A stretch of DNA of 64,000 nucleotides from an uncultured Methanosarcinales archaeon (GTDB taxonomy: Archaea; Nanobdellota; Nanobdellia; Woesearchaeales; JACPIF01), in the NCBI GenBank assembly GCA_964602245.1, contig CAZRPY010000005.1, positions 6,176 to 70,175 of the forward strand. The letters run 5' to 3'. A program made the position numbers and the translations under genes. Each line of letters begins with the position of its first letter. The first letter of the stretch is position 1. Shown here piece by piece: positions 51,820 to 60,955 of this stretch. The notes under the pieces were generated by a model that ran no database searches, was not told the origin of the DNA, and saw only the letters and a list, made by a program, of their open reading frames with translations.

Positions 51820-52734
51820 CTATGTTTTTACAATCTTAGTAACTGCTCTGCCTACATCTGAATTTATAACTGCAAAAGCTGATTTAACAATAGCAAAGAA
51901 TATTAGGAAAATCATAGAGATATTAATCAGTGTAAATGATGACACCATTAACACTATTTTATAATTCTGATATGCTGGAATCTCAAGCAGTTTAGATGCT
52001 GTAAGAAGTATTAATGAATGGATAAAAGGCAAGAATATGATTATTAATAATATATTAATGATTAATTTGCCATAGCTCTTTAATGGAGGTATAAAATAAA
52101 GAAATAATCCGAAAGGAAAAAGGGTAACTCCAACTGCAACTAGCAAGTATCTCAAGGATAGTAGTATTATGGTTAATAATAAAGTCAATAAATAAGGAAT
52201 AGCTAAAATTAATTGTAAGCCTATATTTACTACATTATCAACTGTTAATAGAAAAAAGTTAGGGTCAATTAGATTAATTACGCCTGCTGTCATAGAGGAG
52301 GATAGCTCTATTAGTGCAGAATAAATGTAAAAAGAAGATTGGACAAAGAATATCATTAGTAATACATTTTTAAGCCATAATTTTGCTTTTTCTCTTCTTT
52401 CTGCTGAATATCCTGATACGATTAAATTAAAGCCTGCGAAGATTATGAATAAACCATAGAATAGAGAAATAATATAGATTATGATTGCCCACAAAGATAT
52501 GAAATTATCAATAATAACTGGCTCTGTAAGAAAGTGTTTAGTAAGGGTAAGGAAAGGTTGCAAAGGAGCATTAATGATTGTAAGAGTGTATTCGTATAAT
52601 TTCTGAGAGATACATGAAGCTAAGTTTGTGATACCGCATTTTTCTTGCTCTTCTTGGGCGTAGGATAGGGGTACGAATAGGAGAATTAAAAATAAATACA
52701 TTAATCTACTTCTTAACATATCAAATACCTCCAT
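51820..52734 (-). CDS. VirB6/TrbL-like polytopic membrane protein
   Basis: Signal peptide plus ~6 TM within the tra operon. Confidence 0.65.
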   Translation of the reverse strand: MEVFDMLRSRLMYLFLILLFVPLSYAQEEQEKCGITNLASCISQKLYEYTLTIINAPLQPFLTLTKHFLTEPVIIDNFISLWAIIIYIISLFYGLFIIFAGFNLIVSGYSAERREKAKLWLKNVLLMIFFVQSSFYIYSALIELSSSMTAGVINLIDPNFFLLTVDNVVNIGLQLILAIPYLLTLLLTIILLSLRYLLVAVGVTLFPFGLFLYFIPPLKSYGKLIINILLIIIFLPFIHSLILLTASKLLEIPAYQNYKIVLMVSSFTLINISMIFLIFFAIVKSAFAVINSDVGRAVTKIVKT

Positions 52735-52817
52735 TTTTGTAAAAATAGTGAAAAAGAAAGAAAACTAAATATGGTCTAACAATTAAGGAATATTTATAAA
52801 TTGTAAATAAGTTAAGT

Positions 52818-53270
52818 ATGTTATTCATGTCATCCTCAGAAGATCATAAAATTGTTGTTAGAGAATTGATTGATATAGGTAAAAATAGAGGATTTAAAAT
52901 AAACGAATCTGGAAAAGAGCTAAGCGAACTAAAAAAGAAAGGATATAGAATAAAACCTGATGTTGTATGGAAAAAAGATGGAAAAATAAGGTATATTTTT
53001 GAAGTTGATAGAGGAGCTTATGATAACTATCCCAAAACTATTTATGGAAGTATGCTAGTAGGAATTATTTTGTCTAAATTCTATGATTGCACATTTTATG
53101 AAATAACTTTTAAATCACCAAATAGTAAAAAAGTAATGCGGATTTTAAAATTATTCAAGAAATATGTTATTGATTCAAAAAAGATTAAGTTAATAATTGT
53201 ACCTTATAGGAAACCTACTCCTTCTGCTAGACGGAATTATTATTGGTATTTGACTAAAAAGATTCGTTAA
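52818..53270 (+). CDS. PD-(D/E)XK restriction-endonuclease-like protein
   Basis: H..PDVVW..IFEVD. Confidence 0.6.
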   Translation: MLFMSSSEDHKIVVRELIDIGKNRGFKINESGKELSELKKKGYRIKPDVVWKKDGKIRYIFEVDRGAYDNYPKTIYGSMLVGIILSKFYDCTFYEITFKSPNSKKVMRILKLFKKYVIDSKKIKLIIVPYRKPTPSARRNYYWYLTKKIR

Positions 53271-53320
53271 GTCGTCGGCTTGTGTTGTAGCAGTTCCATA
53301 ATCTTAGTTTTCCCCTAGGA

Positions 53321-54670
53321 TTACATCCAAAATACATATTTTCTAATTACTAAGTAAAGTGAATAAAGCACTCCTGAGAAAACTCCAAAATTTATGACAA
53401 AATTCCAAGTATCTTTCCTCTTTACATGAATGATTTGCTGCACTTCTCTTTCTTCTAAATATGCTGTTATTTTATTTATAGAAGATTTAGCCCTTAATTG
53501 TACTGAATTTCTACCTAAGATTTCTTCATTGCCATATTTAATCTTGATAGGTGTATTTTTTGGCTCTAAAGTAATATGTATGGTTTCATTCTCATTATAT
53601 TGCAGTTTATCAGTTCTTATTTCAAATAATGGCAAACTATCATTAAGGCTACAATTTTCTTCCCATTTATGAAAATGATCATAATAGGTTATTTTGCACC
53701 TATTAGAATTAGCTATATAAAACTTATAGCTGCTATTTAATTGTTCAATATTGAGATTATTCAGTTCTTTTTTAGTATATTTATTAGCTCTGAATGTTAA
53801 AACATCATATGGAGGAAAACTTACAGTTACATCATAATAATAATTAAATTGGCTAAAGGAGGAATTCTCAAAATCTAGAGTAAAAGCATCAAAATTGGAT
53901 ATATTAAGAATACCCAAAGTTGTATTATGATACCTATTAACAGTTTTAATTTTAGGAGAAATTAGAGGTTTGTGATGATAAGCTTGTTTAGAGTCCTGAA
54001 GGTTTAATTCGTCTGTTCTATATTCTGTATTTTCATATTGGCATACAGTGCAATACTTATGGCAACCATTTTCATCTCTTCTGCAACAATACTGATAATT
54101 TCTATAGTGTTTTACTTCAATAGTAGCCTGAATCCAAAGAAGAGCATTAAAGCTTAAATTGCCTGTACCATTAAAATCACTAAGCACTGAATCACCTATC
54201 AATTCATTATTAAGGTAAATGGTCAGTTGCTTGTTATCGCTGGATAGACTAAACTCTGTCTTACAATCGCCTGGTTCAATCCCTGATGGTATTTCAACCC
54301 AATAATTATAGGCGCTTAATACCTTGCCATAACCAGGATTTAATAAATCATCTTTAAGCCACACAGAAGGCATTATAGCAATAATTCTAAGCCAAGCATC
54401 TCTGATATAGCCTTTGTCTATTGTTTTTATCCCATAAGGAGCTGTAGTGAAATTTATGCCTGTATTCCAGTTTAGGATAAAACTATGGTTTGCATAATAC
54501 GCATTTGAGTACATGATATTACCTACCAATAGCTGTTTTTCTAGGTCTGATATATTGCTTTGAATTATCTCATTGCACACAGCCATATCCTCTTCAGGAA
54601 CATTGCTGCAATTAAGTGCATAAACAACTGGCAAATTCAAAAACAAAACAATTATTATAGCAATTTTCAT
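53321..54670 (-). CDS. secreted, C-terminally anchored protein of the tra operon
   Basis: Signal peptide MKIAIII, Cys cluster, C-terminal TM; ATGA overlap with the pilin gene. Confidence 0.75.
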   Translation of the reverse strand: MKIAIIIVLFLNLPVVYALNCSNVPEEDMAVCNEIIQSNISDLEKQLLVGNIMYSNAYYANHSFILNWNTGINFTTAPYGIKTIDKGYIRDAWLRIIAIMPSVWLKDDLLNPGYGKVLSAYNYWVEIPSGIEPGDCKTEFSLSSDNKQLTIYLNNELIGDSVLSDFNGTGNLSFNALLWIQATIEVKHYRNYQYCCRRDENGCHKYCTVCQYENTEYRTDELNLQDSKQAYHHKPLISPKIKTVNRYHNTTLGILNISNFDAFTLDFENSSFSQFNYYYDVTVSFPPYDVLTFRANKYTKKELNNLNIEQLNSSYKFYIANSNRCKITYYDHFHKWEENCSLNDSLPLFEIRTDKLQYNENETIHITLEPKNTPIKIKYGNEEILGRNSVQLRAKSSINKITAYLEEREVQQIIHVKRKDTWNFVINFGVFSGVLYSLYLVIRKYVFWM

Positions 54671-55023
54671 CCTATTAGCAGATTTACCACAAAGGGAGCT
54701 GCCCATATTACTGATAAGCCAATGATTACATAAGCTGCCATGTTTTTGCTAGTATCCCTTTTCTTAACATCATTACCTGAGAACATATAATTCATGCCCG
54801 CAAACAATAAAGCTATTACAGCTATCAATGATGCTGCATATTTGAGAAAATTATATATCTTCAAAATTGGTGTTAAGATACTGTCAAACTGTTGCTTTTG
54901 ATCTGGAGTAATCTCTGTGTTAAGATCTGCTGCATGTACTACTGGCAATGAAAATACAAAGCCTATCAGTAAGAATTTAGATAACAACACCAAAAATCTC
55001 CATGTTGCATTTTGTTCATTCAT
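54667..55023 (-). CDS. TrbC/VirB2-like pilin
   Basis: Signal peptide, two TM helices with FAGMNYMFSG..KRDTSK..YVIIGL. Confidence 0.8.
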   Translation of the reverse strand: MNEQNATWRFLVLLSKFLLIGFVFSLPVVHAADLNTEITPDQKQQFDSILTPILKIYNFLKYAASLIAVIALLFAGMNYMFSGNDVKKRDTSKNMAAYVIIGLSVIWAAPFVVNLLIG

Positions 55024-55080
55024 AATACACCTCCTGTAAAATCTGATTAGAAATAGGAAGAAGAAATTACTTTTAAACTT

Positions 55081-55131
55081 TGTATTGATTTTGTCAATAC
55101 AGGAAATTTTGTATTTACAGCTTCAATACAA
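55081..55131. promoter_or_regulatory. paired palindromic operators between the tra operon and an RHH gene
   Basis: TGTATTGA-N5-TCAATACA and TTGTATT-N9-AATACAA. Confidence 0.55.
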
Positions 55132-55268
55132 GATTTAAATATTATAATTGGATTTTGATAAACTTAAAATGAATAAAAAAGAAATGATCCAAGAGATTCA
55201 AAGGCAAATGCTTCATAAGATTGCAGGAGCTATTGAAGAAGCAAAGCAGAAGCTGGTTGAGGTAAAGA

Positions 55269-55436
55269 ATGGTTGATGAAATAAGTTCATGGCCATCAAG
55301 AAGAAAGAGCATTCATGTGACATTCCGTTTAAAGCCTGAAGTTTATGATGCTGTAATTAGGTATAATTCTGAAAACTTATCAAAATCTTTAAATGATTTG
55401 CTTAAGAAAGCGATTAATTACGAAGAAAATCATTAA
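55269..55436 (+). CDS. ribbon-helix-helix (CopG-like) protein, 55 aa
   Basis: SIHVTFRLKPEVYDAV..NLSKSLNDLLKKAI; preceded by a 35-aa ORF at 55169-55276. Confidence 0.6.
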   Translation: MVDEISSWPSRRKSIHVTFRLKPEVYDAVIRYNSENLSKSLNDLLKKAINYEENH

Positions 55437-55480
55437 ATCTAAACAATTAGTTTAAATATTATATATCTTTACATAATACC

Positions 55481-56449
55481 ATGACTAAGCTTACCATACA
55501 GTTTGATTTGCCTTTCTATTTGAAAATGTCAGGCTCTTATAGAGTTAGGATAGATGATAAAGTAGCTGAGGTCACCCTAACAGAACATAGAAAGGAACAA
55601 ACGACAATGCCTGGACTTTCTAAGGCCCAAAATATTGAACAAGTGTTTGATGACACTTCTCATTTCAGATATACTGGGGTAGAGATTGACATTGAATTGC
55701 CAACTCCAGCTTCAACTAAAGAAGAGACTGACTACTTCACCATGACACTAATTCCAGACATTAGCTTGAGAATAGTCAACAGAATTATTGAGGTTTATAG
55801 GCATATTTCAGATGAATTTATTATACCAGAATTAACTGACACAAGCAGAATCGTTAATTTCAATTCTAAGATACATGACACAGAAACATTCCCTCATCAA
55901 ATGGCAAACGCTTTAGTTTGGCGTTTTGATAAAAAAATAGGGATTATGAAGTCTGATTTAGGAGGAAATAAAATAGAGCAAGTAAAATCCATGTTATCCT
56001 CAGGTGAAGAAGTGCCTTTAAGTAGAAAGCTATTCTTAGATGCCAGAATGTATCAAAAAAGGAGAGATGTAAGATTAGCTGTAATGAATCTATCCTTAAG
56101 CTTTGAAGTATTTCTTGTAGAATTAGTAGATGATAACTTGACGAAAATAATATCGGATACTAATTTGCCAGAAGATAAAATTAAGAAATGGACTATGAAT
56201 GATCTTGCCACATATGGCATGAAAGTTATTACTGGACATTCCCTTGATGAAGAACGATTTTGGGGTGCTGATATTGTAAGTGATTATAAACAGATTCTCA
56301 AGGTAAGAAATACAATAATGCATAAAGGCTCCTCAAGAATCAAGCTAGATGATGGTTCTGTTTTAGATTTAAATAATGCAGTTGTTCTAGATGACCAATT
56401 TAAATTAGTTGATACGCTTTTTAATAAAATACAAAGTGTATTATCGTAA
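55481..56449 (+). CDS. HEPN-domain protein (ApeA-like architecture)
   Basis: C-terminal RNTIMH (RxxxxH) and LSLSFE helix. Confidence 0.65.
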   Translation: MTKLTIQFDLPFYLKMSGSYRVRIDDKVAEVTLTEHRKEQTTMPGLSKAQNIEQVFDDTSHFRYTGVEIDIELPTPASTKEETDYFTMTLIPDISLRIVNRIIEVYRHISDEFIIPELTDTSRIVNFNSKIHDTETFPHQMANALVWRFDKKIGIMKSDLGGNKIEQVKSMLSSGEEVPLSRKLFLDARMYQKRRDVRLAVMNLSLSFEVFLVELVDDNLTKIISDTNLPEDKIKKWTMNDLATYGMKVITGHSLDEERFWGADIVSDYKQILKVRNTIMHKGSSRIKLDDGSVLDLNNAVVLDDQFKLVDTLFNKIQSVLS

Positions 56450-56768
56450 TTAATACTTATATCTACTTTATAGCCAACCCTCAAATCGAAAAATTATTAT
56501 AGTTGCTATGCTTTTGTGCTACATTAGACGAGAAGTTTTACGGAGAATCTACTTTTCTATGGTATGCCCCGTAGGAGGGTATATATAAACCTATTTTTTT
56601 GCATATATAACGGGAGTATACAGATAAGTTAGCACATATAGGGAATATTTGTGCAAAGCTGTTCACAGCTAATTATAATACCCTAATAAGCCTTTTATTG
56701 AGTTTATAGACACTTTATGGACAATTAGGACTTTATGGACTGAGTCGCATCAGAATATATAATTATCA

Positions 56769-57125
56769 CTATCCCATCTCTTTAGCATTCTTATACCAAA
56801 CTATCTCACTTGGGATACAACTAGGCAGTTTTTCTATGCCTTCAAAGAAAGGATACTTTTTGCAAACCTCAGGATGATTGCCGTAAATGCTGCAGTCAAA
56901 TGTCCCATCCTTATTATCTTTAAGAAATATACAGTATCCATTAACCCTTTTCAAGACATCCTTAATCATAGAATCTCTCCTAAAAGGGTCAAAGTCAAGA
57001 AATTCTTCTCTTTTATAGCCTAGCTCCTCTATCTTTTGTATATCAGCCTCTGTAACCTTAGTTATAGGCTTACAACACTCCCCACATTTAGTGCACTTAA
57101 AGGTTTTAGGTGTAATCCATGCCAT
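56769..57125 (-). CDS. YkgJ-family Cys-cluster protein
   Basis: CTKCGECC..CIFL..CSIY..PEVCKKYPF. Confidence 0.9.
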   Translation of the reverse strand: MAWITPKTFKCTKCGECCKPITKVTEADIQKIEELGYKREEFLDFDPFRRDSMIKDVLKRVNGYCIFLKDNKDGTFDCSIYGNHPEVCKKYPFFEGIEKLPSCIPSEIVWYKNAKEMG

Positions 57126-57208
57126 ATACCTATTTTGGTTATCAGGCTATAAAAAGATTACTTAACTTTTAAGCATATTTTATTAGTAAATATAGTCAAA
57201 TTATACAT

Positions 57209-57796
57209 TTAACTGATTGGCTTTCCAGCAACAAAAGGATTATAATTGTTCCACCAAGGTCTCATTTCTTGCCAGAAGAAGTTCTCCTGCCACAGAATAA
57301 ACTTAAAGCCATTGTTCTTTAAAGAGTCTTCAAACAGCTTTTTATTCCAGTCAACACATCCTATAAACAAGTAAGCTTTTGGAATGTTTGCTAAATCAGG
57401 AATGCTAGGAAAAGGATTGAATACAGTCACTATGTCAATTTTTTCAATACCATGTTTTTTAAGATCAATCTTTGTAATATCTCCTTTAATAAATGTCGCA
57501 GGATAGTAATACCCATCTTTAAAGAATTTCTGTCTATCAACTGCAAATAGCTTGATTTTTGGATTTATTTCAGAGAAAACTGCATACAGGGCTTTTCCAT
57601 ACCTAAAATAGCCGCAACCAACATCAACAATAATAAGTGATTCTTTTTTCTGAAATTCTTTAAATAACCTAAACTCTTTTTTCTGAATCTTACCAACCAA
57701 TTCTTCAATAATCGCTGTAAAACATAATAATTCTTTATTTTCAGAGCTAATATTATACTTTTTTGCAATTTTATTTAGATCTTCAAAAGTTATCAT
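57209..57796 (-). CDS. class I SAM-dependent methyltransferase-like protein
   Basis: IVDVGCG..AVD..GDI. Confidence 0.75.
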   Translation of the reverse strand: MITFEDLNKIAKKYNISSENKELLCFTAIIEELVGKIQKKEFRLFKEFQKKESLIIVDVGCGYFRYGKALYAVFSEINPKIKLFAVDRQKFFKDGYYYPATFIKGDITKIDLKKHGIEKIDIVTVFNPFPSIPDLANIPKAYLFIGCVDWNKKLFEDSLKNNGFKFILWQENFFWQEMRPWWNNYNPFVAGKPIS

Positions 57797-57845
57797 ATAC
57801 TGATCTTTATTTTATTGGTATAAAAACATTCCTCATCTATAAGAA

Positions 57846-58117
57846 GGCGTCGCAGACTAATGGCATGCAAGATTAGTTGTGATAGCATCGCTAGATAGTG
57901 AAATAGAATGAATTAGTTAGACATTATATACAAACATATGTTGCAAAATAAAACAATATTTAAAAAAATATATAATTTGCAAATATAAGTTAAAAACCGA
58001 TAATAAATTATTAATTAAGATTCTATTACATACTATAGTCACTAGTGTTCCTGACTTTTCATAAACGAAAAGTATAGGTATCTAATAATAAATTCCAGAG
58101 TGCCATAAGCCACAGGC
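57846..58117. repeat. dispersed intergenic repeat family 2, copy 2 (contains the 39-bp module at 58037-58075)
   Basis: Aligns with 969-1158. Confidence 0.8.
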
Positions 58118-58129
58118 GTATTATATTAT

Positions 58130-58474
58130 CTAGACACTATAAAATCCAAAACTCTCTGTTCTGCTCAGCTCAGTTGCATTGCAATAAGGGCAAGTGTTAA
58201 CTATGACTTCTCTATTTCTAGCAAATTTATAGCCACATTTACCGCATTCATAGCTGATCTTCTGTGGTGTTGCCTCTTTAGCCTTTATTCCAGCACTAGC
58301 AGGCATTGGCCTGATTAATGACTCTTGAGCTTTGGCAGTAATCTTTCCTCTCTCAGCATCATAACAATTAGCACATACTAAATCTTCACCATTCTTAGAA
58401 TATTTCATGCTTTTAATAGGCACTTTAGTCCTACATTTCATACAAGCTATTGTCACGTTAGTATACTCTTCCAT
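58130..58474 (-). CDS. double zinc-ribbon protein
   Basis: Four CxxC pairs. Confidence 0.75.
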   Translation of the reverse strand: MEEYTNVTIACMKCRTKVPIKSMKYSKNGEDLVCANCYDAERGKITAKAQESLIRPMPASAGIKAKEATPQKISYECGKCGYKFARNREVIVNTCPYCNATELSRTESFGFYSV

Positions 58475-58605
58475 TTCTATTCACCTCAAGGCTACTATAA
58501 AATTACCTATATCTCTGTAAGAACTTATATAAAAAATCTATCTTTTTAGAGTAGTAAAAACTAAGGATAAAGTTTAATAAGCCCATAATCCAATATAATA
58601 GTAAA

Positions 58606-58893
58606 ATGACTTACCTGGAAGACGAAAATAAAGATAAAGAGCTTATAACGTTCATAAGAAAAGAGGAAAAAGATCCAAAGAAATTCGCAGAAAGACTGGG
58701 TAATAATCTCACTCAAAGATATGGCTTGGAATTTGGCGGCACAATTACTGTGACCCATGATTTACTGCACAAGAAATTTACTTTAAAAACCTCAAACGGC
58801 AAGAAATTTGAAATTGAGGAACATGAGCTAATGGATCTTCCTATGCATTTAAGAATTCTAAGACAGCAGAATGCTAGAGAGAAAAGCATGTAA
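58606..58893 (+). CDS. hypothetical protein
   Basis: 95-aa ORF. Confidence 0.55.
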   Translation: MTYLEDENKDKELITFIRKEEKDPKKFAERLGNNLTQRYGLEFGGTITVTHDLLHKKFTLKTSNGKKFEIEEHELMDLPMHLRILRQQNAREKSM

Positions 58894-58895
58894 AC

Positions 58896-59270
58896 TTATA
58901 TTTTCTTATCTTTTAAATATTCAGTTAGCCATGCTACAGTATAATCTCTAATTTCTCTTGTATGTCCTCTAATAGGCCCCTCTGGAATATACCATGGAAT
59001 TTTAAATTTCCCTTTAGTAATCTCTTCTACAGCAATAGCAGGATCCCACAATGCAAAGAAGGCTTCTTTATCATCATGTGAAGAATAAACTTTTAATAAA
59101 TATGGCAGAGCTGGTTCGCCCATAGCAACAATTCCTCTGTAAGCATCACAATCTCTAAATCTTCTGGGATTAGGGTTATTTCTTATACCATTACTATTGC
59201 AATGTTTTATCCATAATTCAAGAAGTCGATTAAATTCCAATTCAGTCTCAGTTAATCCTTCAAGTCCCAT
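58896..59270 (-). CDS. hypothetical protein
   Basis: AYRGIVAMGEPALPYLL HEAT-like segment. Confidence 0.6.
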   Translation of the reverse strand: MGLEGLTETELEFNRLLELWIKHCNSNGIRNNPNPRRFRDCDAYRGIVAMGEPALPYLLKVYSSHDDKEAFFALWDPAIAVEEITKGKFKIPWYIPEGPIRGHTREIRDYTVAWLTEYLKDKKI

Positions 59271-59370
59271 ATAATGAAGTTTGAGAGCTATTATATAAAT
59301 TTTACGCTAGTTTAAGTTTATTTGCTGTAATTATAAATAGAAAAAAGTCAAAAAGCTTATAAATTAAAGA

Positions 59371-59910
59371 TCAATATGAAAATCCTAAAGCAGGCATTAG
59401 CTCTTTAATATCAACTCTACTTGCATCAGGATTTGGGATATTTAAAATTTTTCTTACTCCTATTAAATTTACGGAATCTTGTCTTAGACTATAAAGAACA
59501 GCTGCCATTTGAACTAAATCACCACTAATTAATCCTTGCTCTTCAGCAGATTTATAGTGATCTTGTGGGGTCTGGAGACTCACAGTCAAGCTACATTTAT
59601 GATCTTCTAAATTAATAATATTGGGATTATATCTATTGGTATGATATCTAAAATTAAAAAAATAAATTAAAGCTTTTCCAACAAGATTAGATCCACCTGG
59701 TCTTAGGGGAAGAGTATAACCAAAACTTCTTAAATAACTTGTAGGTTTTATAGTTCTCCTAGCATCTAAGAAGTCATTTATGCTTGTTGCAAAATATATC
59801 TCAGGCAGGATCATGTCTAATAAAAGTCCTGAAATTCCAACTTTTCTAACTTCTGGGTTGGCATGCAGCATATTATAGTCAGGTGCATCGAATGTAGTAT
59901 TTAAATTCAT
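59371..59910 (-). CDS. hypothetical protein
   Basis: 179-aa ORF. Confidence 0.55.
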   Translation of the reverse strand: MNLNTTFDAPDYNMLHANPEVRKVGISGLLLDMILPEIYFATSINDFLDARRTIKPTSYLRSFGYTLPLRPGGSNLVGKALIYFFNFRYHTNRYNPNIINLEDHKCSLTVSLQTPQDHYKSAEEQGLISGDLVQMAAVLYSLRQDSVNLIGVRKILNIPNPDASRVDIKELMPALGFSY

Positions 59911-59996
59911 TGACTGATAACCACTATATAAGCTGTGAAAATATAACTACATTACTCATAGCAAATATAATATAATACTAGTATTTCCTTCTCTAT

Positions 59997-60947
59997 ATGA
60001 GCTTCCAAGACATAAAGCCAGTTGAGAAAGCAGATTTCTACCTAGACGTAGCATTTAGAAGGGCAAAAGAGCTATCTATTAAACAAAAGCAAAAGATTAA
60101 AGTTAATACTAGGCTTCAAAAATCAAGAATAATAGAGCTATATAAGATAGATATAATTAAAGATAACTTAACAGTAAATCTAGATAAAATAATAAGGAAT
60201 TTTCCCAGCATAAAGGACCTTGATCCTTTCTACTATGAATTATTAAAATGCACCTTAGATATTGATTATCTAAAACAATCCTTAGGCTCTTTAAACTGGG
60301 CCAAAAAGAAAATTATTGATTTTTATAAGTTATATAGAAATAAAATAATGAATTCTACTGACATTAATACAATCAATAGGCATAAAAGAGAGTTTTATGG
60401 CAGGATTTCTTCAGTTCTAAAGCAAATCTCTAAAAATCTTGCTTATCTTGAGCAATCTAGAAAAATAATGAAAGAATACCCTGTAATAAAAACATCAATA
60501 AAAACAATAGTCATTATAGGCTTTCCAAATGTTGGAAAAACAACTTTACTTTACAAATTAACAGGCTCCAGGCCTGATATTCAGAACTATCCATTTACCA
60601 CAAAAGGAATTAATGTTGCATATCTGAAAAAAGATAACGAGAAAATCCAGTTATTAGACACACCTGGAACATTAAACAGATTTGATAAGATGAACAATCT
60701 AGAAAAACAGGCTTATCTTGCAATAAAATATCTTGCTTCCTTGATTATTTATGTATTTGACTTAACTGAATCATATCCAATTGAGCAACAAATAGCATTA
60801 TATCACAATCTAAAGAAATTAGACAAAGAAATCATTGTTTTCCTGAGTAAAGTAGATTTAACAAAGAATAAAGAGCTAGTAAATAAATTTGTAAAAGAAT
60901 ATGATGCAATAATTGATATAAGTGAGTTGAAAGAAAGATTAAGTTAA
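59997..60947 (+). CDS. NOG1-family GTP-binding protein
   Basis: GFPNVGKT, YPFTTKG, DTPG, SKVD; NOG1 N-terminal helical domain. Confidence 0.93.
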   Translation: MSFQDIKPVEKADFYLDVAFRRAKELSIKQKQKIKVNTRLQKSRIIELYKIDIIKDNLTVNLDKIIRNFPSIKDLDPFYYELLKCTLDIDYLKQSLGSLNWAKKKIIDFYKLYRNKIMNSTDINTINRHKREFYGRISSVLKQISKNLAYLEQSRKIMKEYPVIKTSIKTIVIIGFPNVGKTTLLYKLTGSRPDIQNYPFTTKGINVAYLKKDNEKIQLLDTPGTLNRFDKMNNLEKQAYLAIKYLASLIIYVFDLTESYPIEQQIALYHNLKKLDKEIIVFLSKVDLTKNKELVNKFVKEYDAIIDISELKERLS

Positions 60948-60955
60948 ACACTCTA

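Larger units (their letters stand above)
34007..56746. mobile_element. large DDE-transposon-bounded island carrying a conjugation-like module
   Basis: Direct repeat (TC)GCATCAGAA at 33996-34006 and 56745-56755; left end AGCTTTGCAC with inverted copy at 56651-56660; transposase abuts the left end; accessory gene content throughout. Confidence 0.7.
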
